Assembly: GCA_963711565.1 (NCBI GenBank)
Contig: CAVQEQ010000001.1
Coordinates: 128,001 to 192,000, forward strand
Source: an uncultured delta proteobacterium
GTDB taxonomy: Bacteria > Desulfobacterota > Binatia > Binatales > Binataceae
Length of the DNA: 64,000 nucleotides
Direction: 5' to 3'
Shown here: positions 48,843 through 59,000 of the stretch, piece after piece
How the letters are laid out: each line of letters opens with the position of its first letter
How positions within the stretch are numbered: the first letter of the stretch is position 1
Notes under the pieces: generated by a model
Told to the model about the DNA's origin: nothing
What the model saw: only the letters and a program-made list of their open reading frames with translations
The model's database searches: none
Program-made: the position numbers and the translations under genes

Positions 48843-49184
48843 TCACTTGCCGCCGGCGAACGAGCCGACAATCGCAATTGCGAGCGCGAAGGCGCCGATG
48901 AGGCACATCAACATGATCACCTGTGCGATGCCGTGCGCCGCGGTCTGCTGACTATCTGAAATCGGCTGCTCGACGTGCGCGGAATGGGCGCCCGAATGGT
49001 ATCCGCTATGCGACGTGTAGTAGATGCCGGTGCCGGGGATGCCGACGGTCCGGCGAATTCCCTTGCTGCCGACCGTGACGTGAGCGCCGCGCATCCCGAC
49101 CGTCAGACTCGGTCCCGACTTCGAAATGTTGACCGACAGCCCCGGAAATATCGAAACGCGCCGATAGAATCTGAAGTTGCCCAT
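48843..49184 (-). CDS. DUF4236-type protein with C-terminal TM helix
   Basis: FRFYRRVSIFPGLSVNISKSG...TVGIPGTGIYY. Confidence 0.85.
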   Translation of the reverse strand: MGNFRFYRRVSIFPGLSVNISKSGPSLTVGMRGAHVTVGSKGIRRTVGIPGTGIYYTSHSGYHSGAHSAHVEQPISDSQQTAAHGIAQVIMLMCLIGAFALAIAIVGSFAGGK

Positions 49185-49203
49185 CGCCCTCCCCCCGCTC
49201 CTC

Positions 49204-49668
49204 TTAAGGCCCGCCGCGGCGCGCGCGAAAAAATCCGCGCATCAGATCCGCGCACTCGGACTCCATCACGCCGCCGATCACTTCGAATCGATGGTTCAGC
49301 CTGCCGTCTCGGCCGATGTCGTAAACCGAGCCGAGCGCGCCGGCCTTGTCGTCGCGCGCGCCGTAAACGACTCGGACGACGCGCGCATTCAGCATCGCAC
49401 CGACGCACATCACGCACGGCTCGAGCGTCACGTAGATCGAGAGGGCCGGAAGCCGGTACGCCTTGAGCGTCGCGGCGGCCGCGCGGATTGCCAGGATTTC
49501 CGCATGCGCCGTAGGATCGGCGAGTCCTTTGGGGCGGTTATGTCCCGCGCCGACGATTTGCCCGTCCGCGACCGCGACCGCGCCGACCGGAACTTCGCCT
49601 TCCGCCTCTGCGCGACGGGCTTCGGCGATAGCCTCGGTCATAAACCGGACGTGTTGGGTAGCCGCCAT
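49204..49668 (-). CDS. tadA: tRNA adenosine(34) deaminase
   Basis: GEVPVGAV, DPTAHAE, TLEPCVMC and FFRARR. Confidence 0.95.
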   Translation of the reverse strand: MAATQHVRFMTEAIAEARRAEAEGEVPVGAVAVADGQIVGAGHNRPKGLADPTAHAEILAIRAAAATLKAYRLPALSIYVTLEPCVMCVGAMLNARVVRVVYGARDDKAGALGSVYDIGRDGRLNHRFEVIGGVMESECADLMRGFFRARRGGP

Positions 49669-49730
49669 TTACTTAGCAGATTGACATTGGGAAGGCCTCG
49701 CACCAAGATCGGCGGATGGGGACTGGGGAC

Positions 49731-50243
49731 ATGAAAAAGTTGATCGCGGTCACAATTTTTCTCTCCTTCGCCGCAGCCGGCGTCACGTATGCCGGCACTC
49801 GCGTCGAGATTAAGGACAGCGAGCAGGCGGCTGCGGAAGCCGACATGCACCGCCGCTACGATCATCCGAAGACCGAGGTGGTCCCCAACGACCAGCTCGA
49901 GGTCGTGGTCACGCGCGACGTGATCATGCATTCGTGCTGCATGCCGCCGAGTCTCGTAGTCGGCGGCAAGATCACCAATATCAGCGGCAAGCCTATCGAC
50001 TACGTCCACCTGCACTTCGCGTTCGAGGACAAGAACGGCAAAATCCTTCACGGCGAGAGCCTCTACAACCACCACGCCGAAAGCCTGTCCGATGATCCGT
50101 ACATCCAGAAAATTCTGAACGAGAAACCGCATTTCGATCCGATCCTGCCGGGCAAGAGCGACACGTTCGGATTTTCGGTTTCATGCACCGAGCTGCCGGT
50201 CTTCTCGAAGATCGAATTGTTTTCCAACGACATCAAACAGTAG
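49731..50243 (+). CDS. Hypothetical secreted protein (FxLYD-like Ig fold)
   Basis: Signal peptide MKKLIAV; GKITNISGKPIDYV...FEDKNGK...ILPGKS. Confidence 0.7.
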   Translation: MKKLIAVTIFLSFAAAGVTYAGTRVEIKDSEQAAAEADMHRRYDHPKTEVVPNDQLEVVVTRDVIMHSCCMPPSLVVGGKITNISGKPIDYVHLHFAFEDKNGKILHGESLYNHHAESLSDDPYIQKILNEKPHFDPILPGKSDTFGFSVSCTELPVFSKIELFSNDIKQ

Positions 50244-50267
50244 CGCGGCGCCTGCCGCTTCCGTCTG

Positions 50268-50594
50268 ATGGCTGATATAGGCGCAATCGAACCGGCCGCG
50301 CTTAAGGCCCGACTCGATCGAGGGGAGCGCATTTTCATTCTCGACGTGCGCGAGCCTTTCGAGATTTCGCTGGCTCCTTTTCCCGGCGCGAATCATATCC
50401 CGATGGGCGACATTCCGTCGCGCCTGACCGAGCTCGATCCCGATCGCGAGACCGTCGTCGTATGCCATCATGGCGTCCGCAGCGCGCAGGTCGCGATGTA
50501 CCTGGCGCGCATGGGTTTCGAGCAGGTGCTCAACCTGACAGGCGGCATCGACGCGTGGTCGGAGGATGCGGATCCGACGACCCCGCGCTACTAA
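50268..50594 (+). CDS. Rhodanese-like sulfurtransferase
   Basis: LDVREPFE, CHHGVRS and NLTGGIDAW. Confidence 0.93.
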   Translation: MADIGAIEPAALKARLDRGERIFILDVREPFEISLAPFPGANHIPMGDIPSRLTELDPDRETVVVCHHGVRSAQVAMYLARMGFEQVLNLTGGIDAWSEDADPTTPRY

Positions 50595-50636
50595 CGCGCG
50601 GGCCGACGCGCAATAATGCCGAATGGTAATCCCGCG

Positions 50637-51452
50637 ATGACCTACCTCGCTGCAGCAGTCCAGATGAACGCCACTCCCGACAAGGCGGCGAACCTGGAGC
50701 GCGCGGAACGGCTCGTGCGCGTCGGCGCGGCGCGCGGTGCAAACCTCGTCACGCTGCCCGAGGTTTTCAATTGGCGCGGCAAGCTTAACGAGCAGGCGGA
50801 CGCGGCGGAAACGCTCGACGGTCAATCGCTGACGCTGATGTCGCGACTGGCGCGCGAGCTGCGAATCCATATCGTCGCCGGATCGATCACCGAGCAGGCC
50901 GCCGCGGGCGAGTCGCGATGCTACAACACGTCGGCGCTCATCGACCCCGACGGCGCCAGAATCGCCGTGTATCGCAAGATTCATCTTTTCGACGTCGATC
51001 TTCCCGGTCGCGTGACAGTGCGCGAATCCAACGCCAAGATGGCGGGGGCAGAGACCGTGACTGCGGCGACTCCGCTCGGCGCGATTGGACTCAGCATCTG
51101 CTACGACTTGCGCTTTCCCGAACTCTATCGCCGTCTCACTTTTGCCGGCGCGCAGATCATTGCGATTCCGAGCGCGTTCACCTTCCCCACTGGCGAGGCA
51201 CATTGGGAGCCGCTGCTCCGCGCCCGCGCGATCGAGAACCAGGCCTACGTGATTGCGCCCGCGCAGTTCGGTCCGAACATCTACGGCTACAGCGACTATG
51301 GCAATTCGATGATTGTCGATCCGTGGGGACGCGTGATTGCGCGCGCCGCCGATCAGGAAGGTGTCGTCGTGGCGCCGATCGATCTCGAATACCAGGAGCG
51401 CGTGCGCCGCGAGTTGCCGGCGTTGAAGCATGCGCGCCTGCGGGCCGGGTGA
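50637..51452 (+). CDS. Carbon-nitrogen hydrolase (Nit1 / deaminated-glutathione amidase-like)
   Basis: LPE, YRKIHLFDV, ICYDLRFPE and RARAIENQ. Confidence 0.93.
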   Translation: MTYLAAAVQMNATPDKAANLERAERLVRVGAARGANLVTLPEVFNWRGKLNEQADAAETLDGQSLTLMSRLARELRIHIVAGSITEQAAAGESRCYNTSALIDPDGARIAVYRKIHLFDVDLPGRVTVRESNAKMAGAETVTAATPLGAIGLSICYDLRFPELYRRLTFAGAQIIAIPSAFTFPTGEAHWEPLLRARAIENQAYVIAPAQFGPNIYGYSDYGNSMIVDPWGRVIARAADQEGVVVAPIDLEYQERVRRELPALKHARLRAG

Positions 51453-51456
51453 CCAA

Positions 51457-52278
51457 GTGAACAAGATTGCACTTCTGACTGTCACGATCGCTCTCTCGAT
51501 CAACGCACCGGCGTTCGCGCACGATCTGGGCGCGGCGGCCGACTTGGACGGTGACTCCGCGCCCAACGCGATGGGCATTCAGATGTGCACGGGTCCGCAC
51601 ATGACAGTGACGCGGTCGCGCCCGCAAACGCCGCAGGACCTCGAGCGCGCGCATGACGTGATTGACACCCTGCGACGCGTGCTCGCCAAGTACCGTGACT
51701 CCCGCGTGGCGTTGTCGGAGGGCTACCAGATTTTTCTGCCGACGGTTCCGCAGGAGGTTTACCATTTCACCGACTACAGCGCCGCGCAGCAGGAATACAT
51801 GGGGAATTCCGATCCGGCGCGGCCCGGCTCGCTGCTTTACGTGAAAAACTCGAGCGGCGATTACGTCCTGGTCGGCGCGATGTATAGCGCGCCTGCCGAC
51901 GACACGCCCGAGCAGCTCGACGCGATCATCCCGCTGAGCGTCGCGCACTGGCACGCTCACACGAACATCTGCCTGCCCAACGGCATCACGCTCGACAACG
52001 TCCTGCGCGGCGACGTCGGCGCAGGGCGTATCGACGAGCCGGGCATGATCCCGGTGTCGTCGAGTCCGTCTGCTCCCGAAATCAACCAACGCCTGGGTTT
52101 CCTCGCCGATGGACGCTTCGGCTTCACGGGCAAAATCGCCGACTCCGCCGCGTGCGAAGCGGCGGGCGGCCACCTGCTGAAGCAGGCGTTCGGCTGGATG
52201 GTCCACGTGTACCCGTTCAACGGCGACGACCTGAAGGTAGCGTTCGGCATGGGCGTGCCCAAACCGCCTAGCAACTGA
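51457..52278 (+). CDS. Hypothetical secreted His-containing protein
   Basis: Signal peptide; YHF, PGSLLY, GAMY, WHAHTNIC and WMVHVY. Confidence 0.72.
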   Translation: MNKIALLTVTIALSINAPAFAHDLGAAADLDGDSAPNAMGIQMCTGPHMTVTRSRPQTPQDLERAHDVIDTLRRVLAKYRDSRVALSEGYQIFLPTVPQEVYHFTDYSAAQQEYMGNSDPARPGSLLYVKNSSGDYVLVGAMYSAPADDTPEQLDAIIPLSVAHWHAHTNICLPNGITLDNVLRGDVGAGRIDEPGMIPVSSSPSAPEINQRLGFLADGRFGFTGKIADSAACEAAGGHLLKQAFGWMVHVYPFNGDDLKVAFGMGVPKPPSN

Positions 52279-52431
52279 CGGCTGCGAGTTTCCTGAAAAA
52301 TCGCCTTGACGGCGCACGCCCGCGCGGGTTAAGCAGGCTTCGCGTCGACACACTCCGCGGTCCGTGACACCCCGCTCTATCGCGGCTAGTATCTCTTACG
52401 CTCGAACGCGCGCGCTTGAAGGATTTTCGTC

Positions 52432-53613
52432 ATGGCTGATGGACCGCTGATTGGTTTTCGTATTCTCGATCTGACCGCCGTTATCTCGGGGCCGTTCTGC
52501 ACGCAGTTGCTCGGCGACCTGGGCGCCGACGTCATCAAGATCGAACCGCCCGAGGGCGACTCGATGCGCCGCAACGTCGGCCCGCAGCGCGGCGGCCTGA
52601 CCGCCTCGTTCCTGAACTTCAACCGCAACAAGCGCAGCATCGTGATCGATATCAAAAAAGAGCACGGCCGCGACCTCGTCCGGCGGCTCGCGGTGAAGGC
52701 CGACGCGCTGGTCGAGAACAATCGCCCCGGCGTCGCCGACCGTCTCGGTATCGGTTACGCCGACATTCGCCGCGCCAATCCGAAGGTCGTCTATTGCTCG
52801 ATCTGCGGCTTCGCGCCGAAGGGCCGCCTCGCTAATTTTCCCGCCTACGATCCAGTCATCCAGGGCTACTCCGGCATGGCCTATATCCAGGGCCTCAAGG
52901 CGGGGCAGCCGACGGCGGTCAAGATGGCGCTGGCGGATAAAGTCAGCGGGATGACCGCGGCGCTTGCCGTTGTGAGCGCGTTGCACGCCGCGCGCGCCCG
53001 CGGCGTCGGCCAGTACATCAAGGTCCCGATGCTCGAGGCGATGATGGCGTTCACGGCCAACGATTCGATTTACGGCTACACGCTGCTGCCCGAGGACGAG
53101 TTCAAGCACCTCGCGCCCAAGAGCACCACGCTCGACCCGTTCAAGACGAAAGACGGATGGCTCACGATCGCGCCGTTCACGGAAGCGCAGTCGAAGCGGC
53201 TGGCCGAGGCGGTCGGGCATCCTGAATGGTGGCCTGAGACGTTGGATCGCACGGAACGCGCCGAGCGGGGACGCAATCTGATGCGCGGGCTGGCGAAGCT
53301 CTTTCCTGAAAAAAATACCAATGAGTGGCTGCCGGCGCTCGAGCAGGCCGACATCCCCTGCGGGCCGGTCCACAACTACGAGACGCTGCTCACCGATCCG
53401 GAAATCGTGGAGAACGAGAGCTTCTCGATTTATGAACATCCGACGGCAGGGCGCGTGCGCGCGGTGAATCCCGGCGCAAGGTTTTCGGAGACGCCGGCGA
53501 AGATGTGGCGAGTGCCGCCCAAGCTCGGCGAGCATACCGATGAAATATTGCGAGAGGCAGGAATCGAACGCAGTCAGGTAGAGGAACTGCGCGCGGCGAA
53601 GGTGATCGTTTGA
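52432..53613 (+). CDS. CaiB/BaiF family III CoA-transferase
   Basis: GPFCTQLLGDLGADVIKIEPP, NRNKRS, PAYD and PKLGEHT. Confidence 0.95.
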   Translation: MADGPLIGFRILDLTAVISGPFCTQLLGDLGADVIKIEPPEGDSMRRNVGPQRGGLTASFLNFNRNKRSIVIDIKKEHGRDLVRRLAVKADALVENNRPGVADRLGIGYADIRRANPKVVYCSICGFAPKGRLANFPAYDPVIQGYSGMAYIQGLKAGQPTAVKMALADKVSGMTAALAVVSALHAARARGVGQYIKVPMLEAMMAFTANDSIYGYTLLPEDEFKHLAPKSTTLDPFKTKDGWLTIAPFTEAQSKRLAEAVGHPEWWPETLDRTERAERGRNLMRGLAKLFPEKNTNEWLPALEQADIPCGPVHNYETLLTDPEIVENESFSIYEHPTAGRVRAVNPGARFSETPAKMWRVPPKLGEHTDEILREAGIERSQVEELRAAKVIV

Positions 53614-53719
53614 GTAATTCCAGAAGAACGGCCAGGCCGAGCGGCGAGAATCGACGAAATAAATTTCGTCCTACTGTCAGAGAAACGTAGGACGGAATTT
53701 ATTCCGTCAATTCCCTCTG

Positions 53720-54340
53720 CTACTCGAACATCTGGGGTTCGCGCGATCTTAGCCAGACCAGGCCACGATACATGTAATGGATGAACGACGCCGCGGTGAC
53801 TGCGACTGTCGCGATCAGCAGCCGGTTGAAATCGCCGGGCCAGTAGTTTCCCGCCCGCGCCAGCACCGCGATCACGCACGCGAGCTGCATGAAAGTGCTC
53901 AGTTTGCCGAGATAGCTCGGCCGGACCGGGACGCGCTCGCCGGTGAAGAACGAGATCATAAGGTAGCCGACGACGATTACGATATCGCGGATCAGGACTA
54001 CGCTGAGCAGATAGCTGGGCAGATCGCCGTCGATCGTCAGCACGACGAAGGCGGACACCAGCATCAGCTTGTCGGCGAACGGATCGAGGAACGCGCCCAA
54101 CTCGGTGCGTGAGTCGAACCATCGCGCGACCGCGCCGTCGAGCCCGTCGGTCACCGCCGCCGCCGCAAAGACGAACAGCGCTTCGGTGTATCGCTGGCGG
54201 GTCAGAAATATCAGAAAGACGGGAATCGACCCTATCCTGCACAGCGTCAGGAAGTTCGGCGGATTCAGCAGCTTGGAATACGACGGTGCGGGCGGCACGC
54301 CCGGCCGTGCGCGGATGCTGCTATGTGAAGGCGCTGCCAT
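53720..54340 (-). CDS. CDP-alcohol phosphatidyltransferase
   Basis: PNFLTLCR and TDGLDGAVAR...GAFLDPFADK. Confidence 0.93.
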   Translation of the reverse strand: MAAPSHSSIRARPGVPPAPSYSKLLNPPNFLTLCRIGSIPVFLIFLTRQRYTEALFVFAAAAVTDGLDGAVARWFDSRTELGAFLDPFADKLMLVSAFVVLTIDGDLPSYLLSVVLIRDIVIVVGYLMISFFTGERVPVRPSYLGKLSTFMQLACVIAVLARAGNYWPGDFNRLLIATVAVTAASFIHYMYRGLVWLRSREPQMFE

Positions 54341-54363
54341 CGTGAATCGGTTTCAACGCGACC

Positions 54364-55653
54364 TCAGATTGCGGCGTTCGCAGCCTTGCGCAGGCGCCCC
54401 GCTACAGGAGCGCTCACGCGGGCCCGCACCGAAACCAGGCCGTCGCGGTATTCCTCGCTTAGCACTTCTCCATCCCGTCGCGCCATTGCCACCAAATCGC
54501 CGCGCTTGGCGGGAAACGTGACTGACACTTCCTCGCGCGAGCCGCCCAGGTGCCGCTCGATTTCCGCGAGCAAATCGCCGAGGCCGTTGCCCTTCAGCGC
54601 CGAGATTGAGACCGCGTCATGCGCGCCGTTGCGATTTGCGCCATGCTCGGCCAGGTCGGCCTTGTTCATCACGACGATACGCGGCGACGCGCCCGCACCA
54701 ATTTCCTGCAACACTTCGTTGACGATCGTCATGCGCTCGGCCGCCAGCGGCGAACTCGCATCGACAACGTGCAGCAGCATCGTCGCGGTTCGCACCTCTT
54801 CGAGCGTGGCCTTGAAGGCGTCGATCAGCATATGGGGCAGGCGATGGATAAATCCGACGGTATCGACCAGCATCACGTTCATACCGCCCGGCAGCTTGAG
54901 GCGGCGAATCGTAGGATCGAGAGTCGAGAACGGACGATTGGCAACCTCGACGCCGGCGTCGGTGAGCGCGTTCATCAACGTGGACTTGCCGGAATTCGTG
55001 TAACCCACCAGCGCGACGGTCGGAAATGGAACCTCGAGACGCCGCCGGCGCTGAATCGTGCGCGTGCGCTCGACCTGGCCCAGCCGTGCCTTGAGGCGAG
55101 TGAGGCGCTCCCGCAACCGCCGCCGGTCAACTTCGAGCTGCGTTTCTCCGGGTCCGCGCGTGCCGACGCCACCGCCGCCCGCGCCGCCGCCACGAACGCG
55201 CGAAAGATGCGACCACTGGCGGGTCAGCCGCGGCTGGAGATAACTGAGCTGCGCGATCTCGACCTGCAGCTTGCCCTCAAGGGTATGCGCGCGCTGGGCA
55301 AAAATGTCGAGAATGAGTTGGCTGCGATCAATCACGCGAATCTTGAGTTCATTCTCAAGATTGCGCGCCTGCGCGGGGCTGAGCGCGTCGTCAAAAATCG
55401 CCAGCGACGCGCCTTTCGATTGCGCCAGCTCGCGCACCTCGCCCGCTTTGCCTTTGCCGATAAAAGTGCGCGGGTCAGGCGCTTTGAGGCGCTGCCGAAC
55501 AACTCCGGCGACTTCCGCACCGGCGCTTTCAGTCAAAGCTTTGAGTTCGTCGAGCGATTCTTCGCTGCCGATTCCCGCGTCGGTACCAAGTTCGATCCCA
55601 ACCAGGACAGCGCTCTCGTGATGCTCGTGGGCAACGTCGTAAGACTTAGCCAG
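54364..55653 (-). CDS. hflX: GTPase HflX (probable CTG start)
   Basis: GYTNSGKST, FSTLDPT, DTVGF, NKAD and GPGETQLE. The conserved N-terminus AVLVG...ESLDELKAL extends 39 codons upstream of the ORF-track TTG to a CTG preceded by GAGGT. Confidence 0.93.
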   Translation of the reverse strand: MAKSYDVAHEHHESAVLVGIELGTDAGIGSEESLDELKALTESAGAEVAGVVRQRLKAPDPRTFIGKGKAGEVRELAQSKGASLAIFDDALSPAQARNLENELKIRVIDRSQLILDIFAQRAHTLEGKLQVEIAQLSYLQPRLTRQWSHLSRVRGGGAGGGGVGTRGPGETQLEVDRRRLRERLTRLKARLGQVERTRTIQRRRRLEVPFPTVALVGYTNSGKSTLMNALTDAGVEVANRPFSTLDPTIRRLKLPGGMNVMLVDTVGFIHRLPHMLIDAFKATLEEVRTATMLLHVVDASSPLAAERMTIVNEVLQEIGAGASPRIVVMNKADLAEHGANRNGAHDAVSISALKGNGLGDLLAEIERHLGGSREEVSVTFPAKRGDLVAMARRDGEVLSEEYRDGLVSVRARVSAPVAGRLRKAANAAI

Positions 55654-55724
55654 GTGATTACCTCGATGGCGGAAAAATCTATGACCTCAGCGTATCAGAT
55701 ACCACCAACCCTCGGTACGCCACC

Positions 55725-55990
55725 TCCTAACCTCTCCTTGTCCGAGGAGAGGTCGGCGAATGCCGCTTGAAAAGCGGTGTCGCCGGGAGAGGTGCAACGC
55801 CGGACATCGCAGCAACGCCGACGCGTCTAACCGCAACTGCTCGACGCTGACGCCGCCGCCAGGCAGCAGCACCACTTTCCGACGTGCTGCACAGGGCACA
55901 ACTCGCTTGTTACGGCGGCCAGCGTTGTACCGCTCCCGTCGCTCACCTTCGGCTCGCGTCGACCTCTCTTCGGACAAGGAGAGGTTAGGA
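55725..55990. repeat. REP/MITE-like element: 31-bp inverted repeats, each an internal hairpin
   Basis: TCCTAACCTCTCCTTGTCCGAGGAGAGGTCG at 55725-55755 and its inverse at 55960-55990 (1 mismatch). Confidence 0.8.
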
Positions 55991-56015
55991 TCGTTTCAGA
56001 TTAAGTCGAGTTGTT

Positions 56016-59000
56016 CTATCTCAACTCCACCGATCCCGGCGCGAAAATCCGCTCCAGCTCGGCGACGAAGGTCTCCGTTGGCGTCACGCGATAGCTGTCG
56101 CCTAGCAGCATCACGGCTTCGCGGCCGTCGTTGAGGGCCAGATGCAGATAAGTCATCGACTTGCCGCGATAGCGCGAGAGCATCGCCTTCAGCGCGTCGA
56201 GGCCGCCGTTTTCCAGCCGGCTTATCGGCGCCGAGATGCGCACTTCGCGGATCGAATCGAGCAGCGCCGAGTCCAGCGGCACCAGGCTTTCGAGGATTAT
56301 CTGCGCGCGTTCGTCGTCAACGTCCAGCTTGCCGCGCGCGACGACAGGCTCGTCGCCCATGATGATCGCCTCGAACTTCTGATAGGTCTCCGACCATGCG
56401 ATCGCCTCGACCGCGCCCTCGCGATCCTCGAGCGAGAAAGTCGCGTAGCGTTTGCCCGACTTGTTATTCTTGAGTTTCACCGCGTGGATCACGCCGGCAA
56501 TCTGCACCGGGCTGCCGTCGGGCGCCGAGGACAGATCGGCGGTCGTCACTTTGCTGATTCGCGCGAGTTCGCGCTCGTACTTGTCGAGCGGATGGGCCGT
56601 GATGTAGAAGCCGAGCGCTTCTTTTTCGAATTTCAGTTTCTCGCGCGCGTCCCATTCGGGAATCGGCTCGCGCGCCGCGAGCTTGGGCACTTTGACCGCG
56701 CCGCCGAACAGTCCGATCTGGTTTTTCTCCGCATCGCTCTGCGCCTTCTGCGCGAGCTTTATCGCTTGCTCCGCTTCGGCCATCAGCGCGGCGCGCACCG
56801 CGCTCACCGAATCGAACGCACCGCACTTGATCAGCGCGTCGAGCACGCGGCGGCTGATCAGTTGCGTGCCGACGCGCATGCAAAAATCCGCCATGCTCTC
56901 GAACGGGCCGTTGGCCTCGCGCTCCGCGACGATTGCTTCACCCGGCTTGCTGCCGACGCCGCGAATTGCGGCCAGCCCGAATCGAATCGCGCCGTCGGTA
57001 ACGGTGAATTTCACCCGGCTCTGATTCACGTCGGGCGGCAGGATCGCAATCTTCATGTCGCGCAGGGCCGCGATATTCTTGTAGGTCTTGTCGACGTCGT
57101 CCATGTCGAGCGACATCAGCGCCGCCATGAACTCGTGCGGATAGTGCGCCTTCAGGTAGCCGGTGGTGTAGGTGGTCAGCGCGTAGGCGGCGGCGTGCGA
57201 GCGGTTGAAGCCGTACGAGGCGAAGGTTTCGATCTTCTCGAAGATCGAAGTGGCGAGCGCGGCGTTGACGCCATTTTTCTTCGCGCCGTCGATAAATCCC
57301 GCGCGCTCTTTTTCCATGACGGCTTTGTTCTTCTTGCCCATCGCGTAGCGCAGGATGTCGGCCTGTTCGAGCGAGTATCCCGCCAGCGCCTGCGCCGCGC
57401 GCATCACCTGCTCCTGGTACACGATAACGCCGTAGGTTTCGCGCAGAACAGGCTCCAGCAGCGGATGATCGTACTCGACCGGCTCCTTGCCGTGCTTGCG
57501 ATCGACGTAGTGCTGGACCATCGTCTTGCCGTCCTGGATTGAGTCGAGCGGACCGGGACGGAACAGCGAGCCCGCGGCGATTACGTCGTCGAAGCAGGTC
57601 GGCTTGAGCTCGCCGATAAACCGGCGCATCCCGGAACTCTCGAGCTGGAACACGCCGACCGTGTCGCCGCGCGAGAGCATCTTGTAGGTGTCGGCGTCGT
57701 CGAGCCGGAGACGGTTGAGGTCGGGCGCCTCTTTGCCGCCGGCCTTGATCAGCGTGAGCGTATCGGTAATTAGCGTCAGGTTCTTGAGCGCGAGGAAGTC
57801 GAACTTGATAAGGCCGATCTCTTCGACGCCCTTCATCGAATACTGCGTGATCGAGAGCGCGGCCTCGTCGCGTTCCTTGTCCACGTAGAGCGGCACCAGG
57901 TCGGTGAGCGGCTGATCGGAAATGACGACGCCGGCCGCATGACGCGACGCGTGGCGCAGCAGGCCTTCGAGCTTGAAGGCGTAGTTGAAAAGATCGGGAT
58001 GCAATTTGCGCTCGGCCTTGAGCCGCGGCTCCATGTCGAGGGCGTCGGCGAGCGGGAAATCGCGGCCCTGCTTGGGCGCGGGATAGAGCTTGACGATTTT
58101 GTCGGTCTCGGCGAAGGACAGGCCGAGCACGCGGCCGACGTCGCGAATCGCCTGCTTGCCCTTGATCGTGCCGAACGTGATTATCTGCGCGACGCGATCG
58201 TCGCCGTACTTCTTGCGCACGTATTCGAGCACCTCGTCGCGCCGCTCGAAACAGAAATCGACGTCGATATCCGGCATCGACTTGCGCCCCGGATTCAGCC
58301 ATCGCTCGAACAGCAGGCGATGCTCGACGGGATCGACCTCGGTGATGCCGAGCGCGTACGAAACCAGACTGCCGACGACCGAGCCGCGGCCGGGACCGAC
58401 CGGAATCCCGAGCCCGCGCGCGTAGCCGATAAAGTCGGCGACGATCAGCATGTAGCCCGCGAAGCCCATGTCGCGGATCACGGGAATCTCGCGATCGATG
58501 CGGTCCTGGTACTGCGATTCGTCAACGTCGGCGCGGCGCGCGCGAATTTCGGCCAGGCGGGCGGTCAAACCGTCGCGCGCGCGGGTCTCCATCTCGGCGT
58601 CGAGGTCAACGCCCGGGCCTGATTTGTAAACGGGGAAGTGAAACTTGCCGAATTCGAATTCGAAATCGATTCGGCGTGCGATCTCGACGCTGTTGCGCAC
58701 CTCTTCGGAGTCGGCGCCGAACGCAGTCGCCATCTCGGTGGGCGTCTTGACGTAGAGCTCGTCGGTGTCGAAACGCCAGCGCGTTTCGTCGGCCATCGTC
58801 TTGCCGGTCTGGATGCAGAGCAGGACTTCGTGCGCCTTGGCGTCGTCGCGATGCAGGTAATGACAATCGTTGGTGGCGACGAGCGGCAGGCCGACCTGCT
58901 TGCCGATTTCGCGCAGCGCTTCGTTGTACGGCGAATGGAGTTTGTTGTCCTGGAGTTCGAGATAGTAGCGGCCCGGGAACATTTTGGCGTAAGACTCGGC

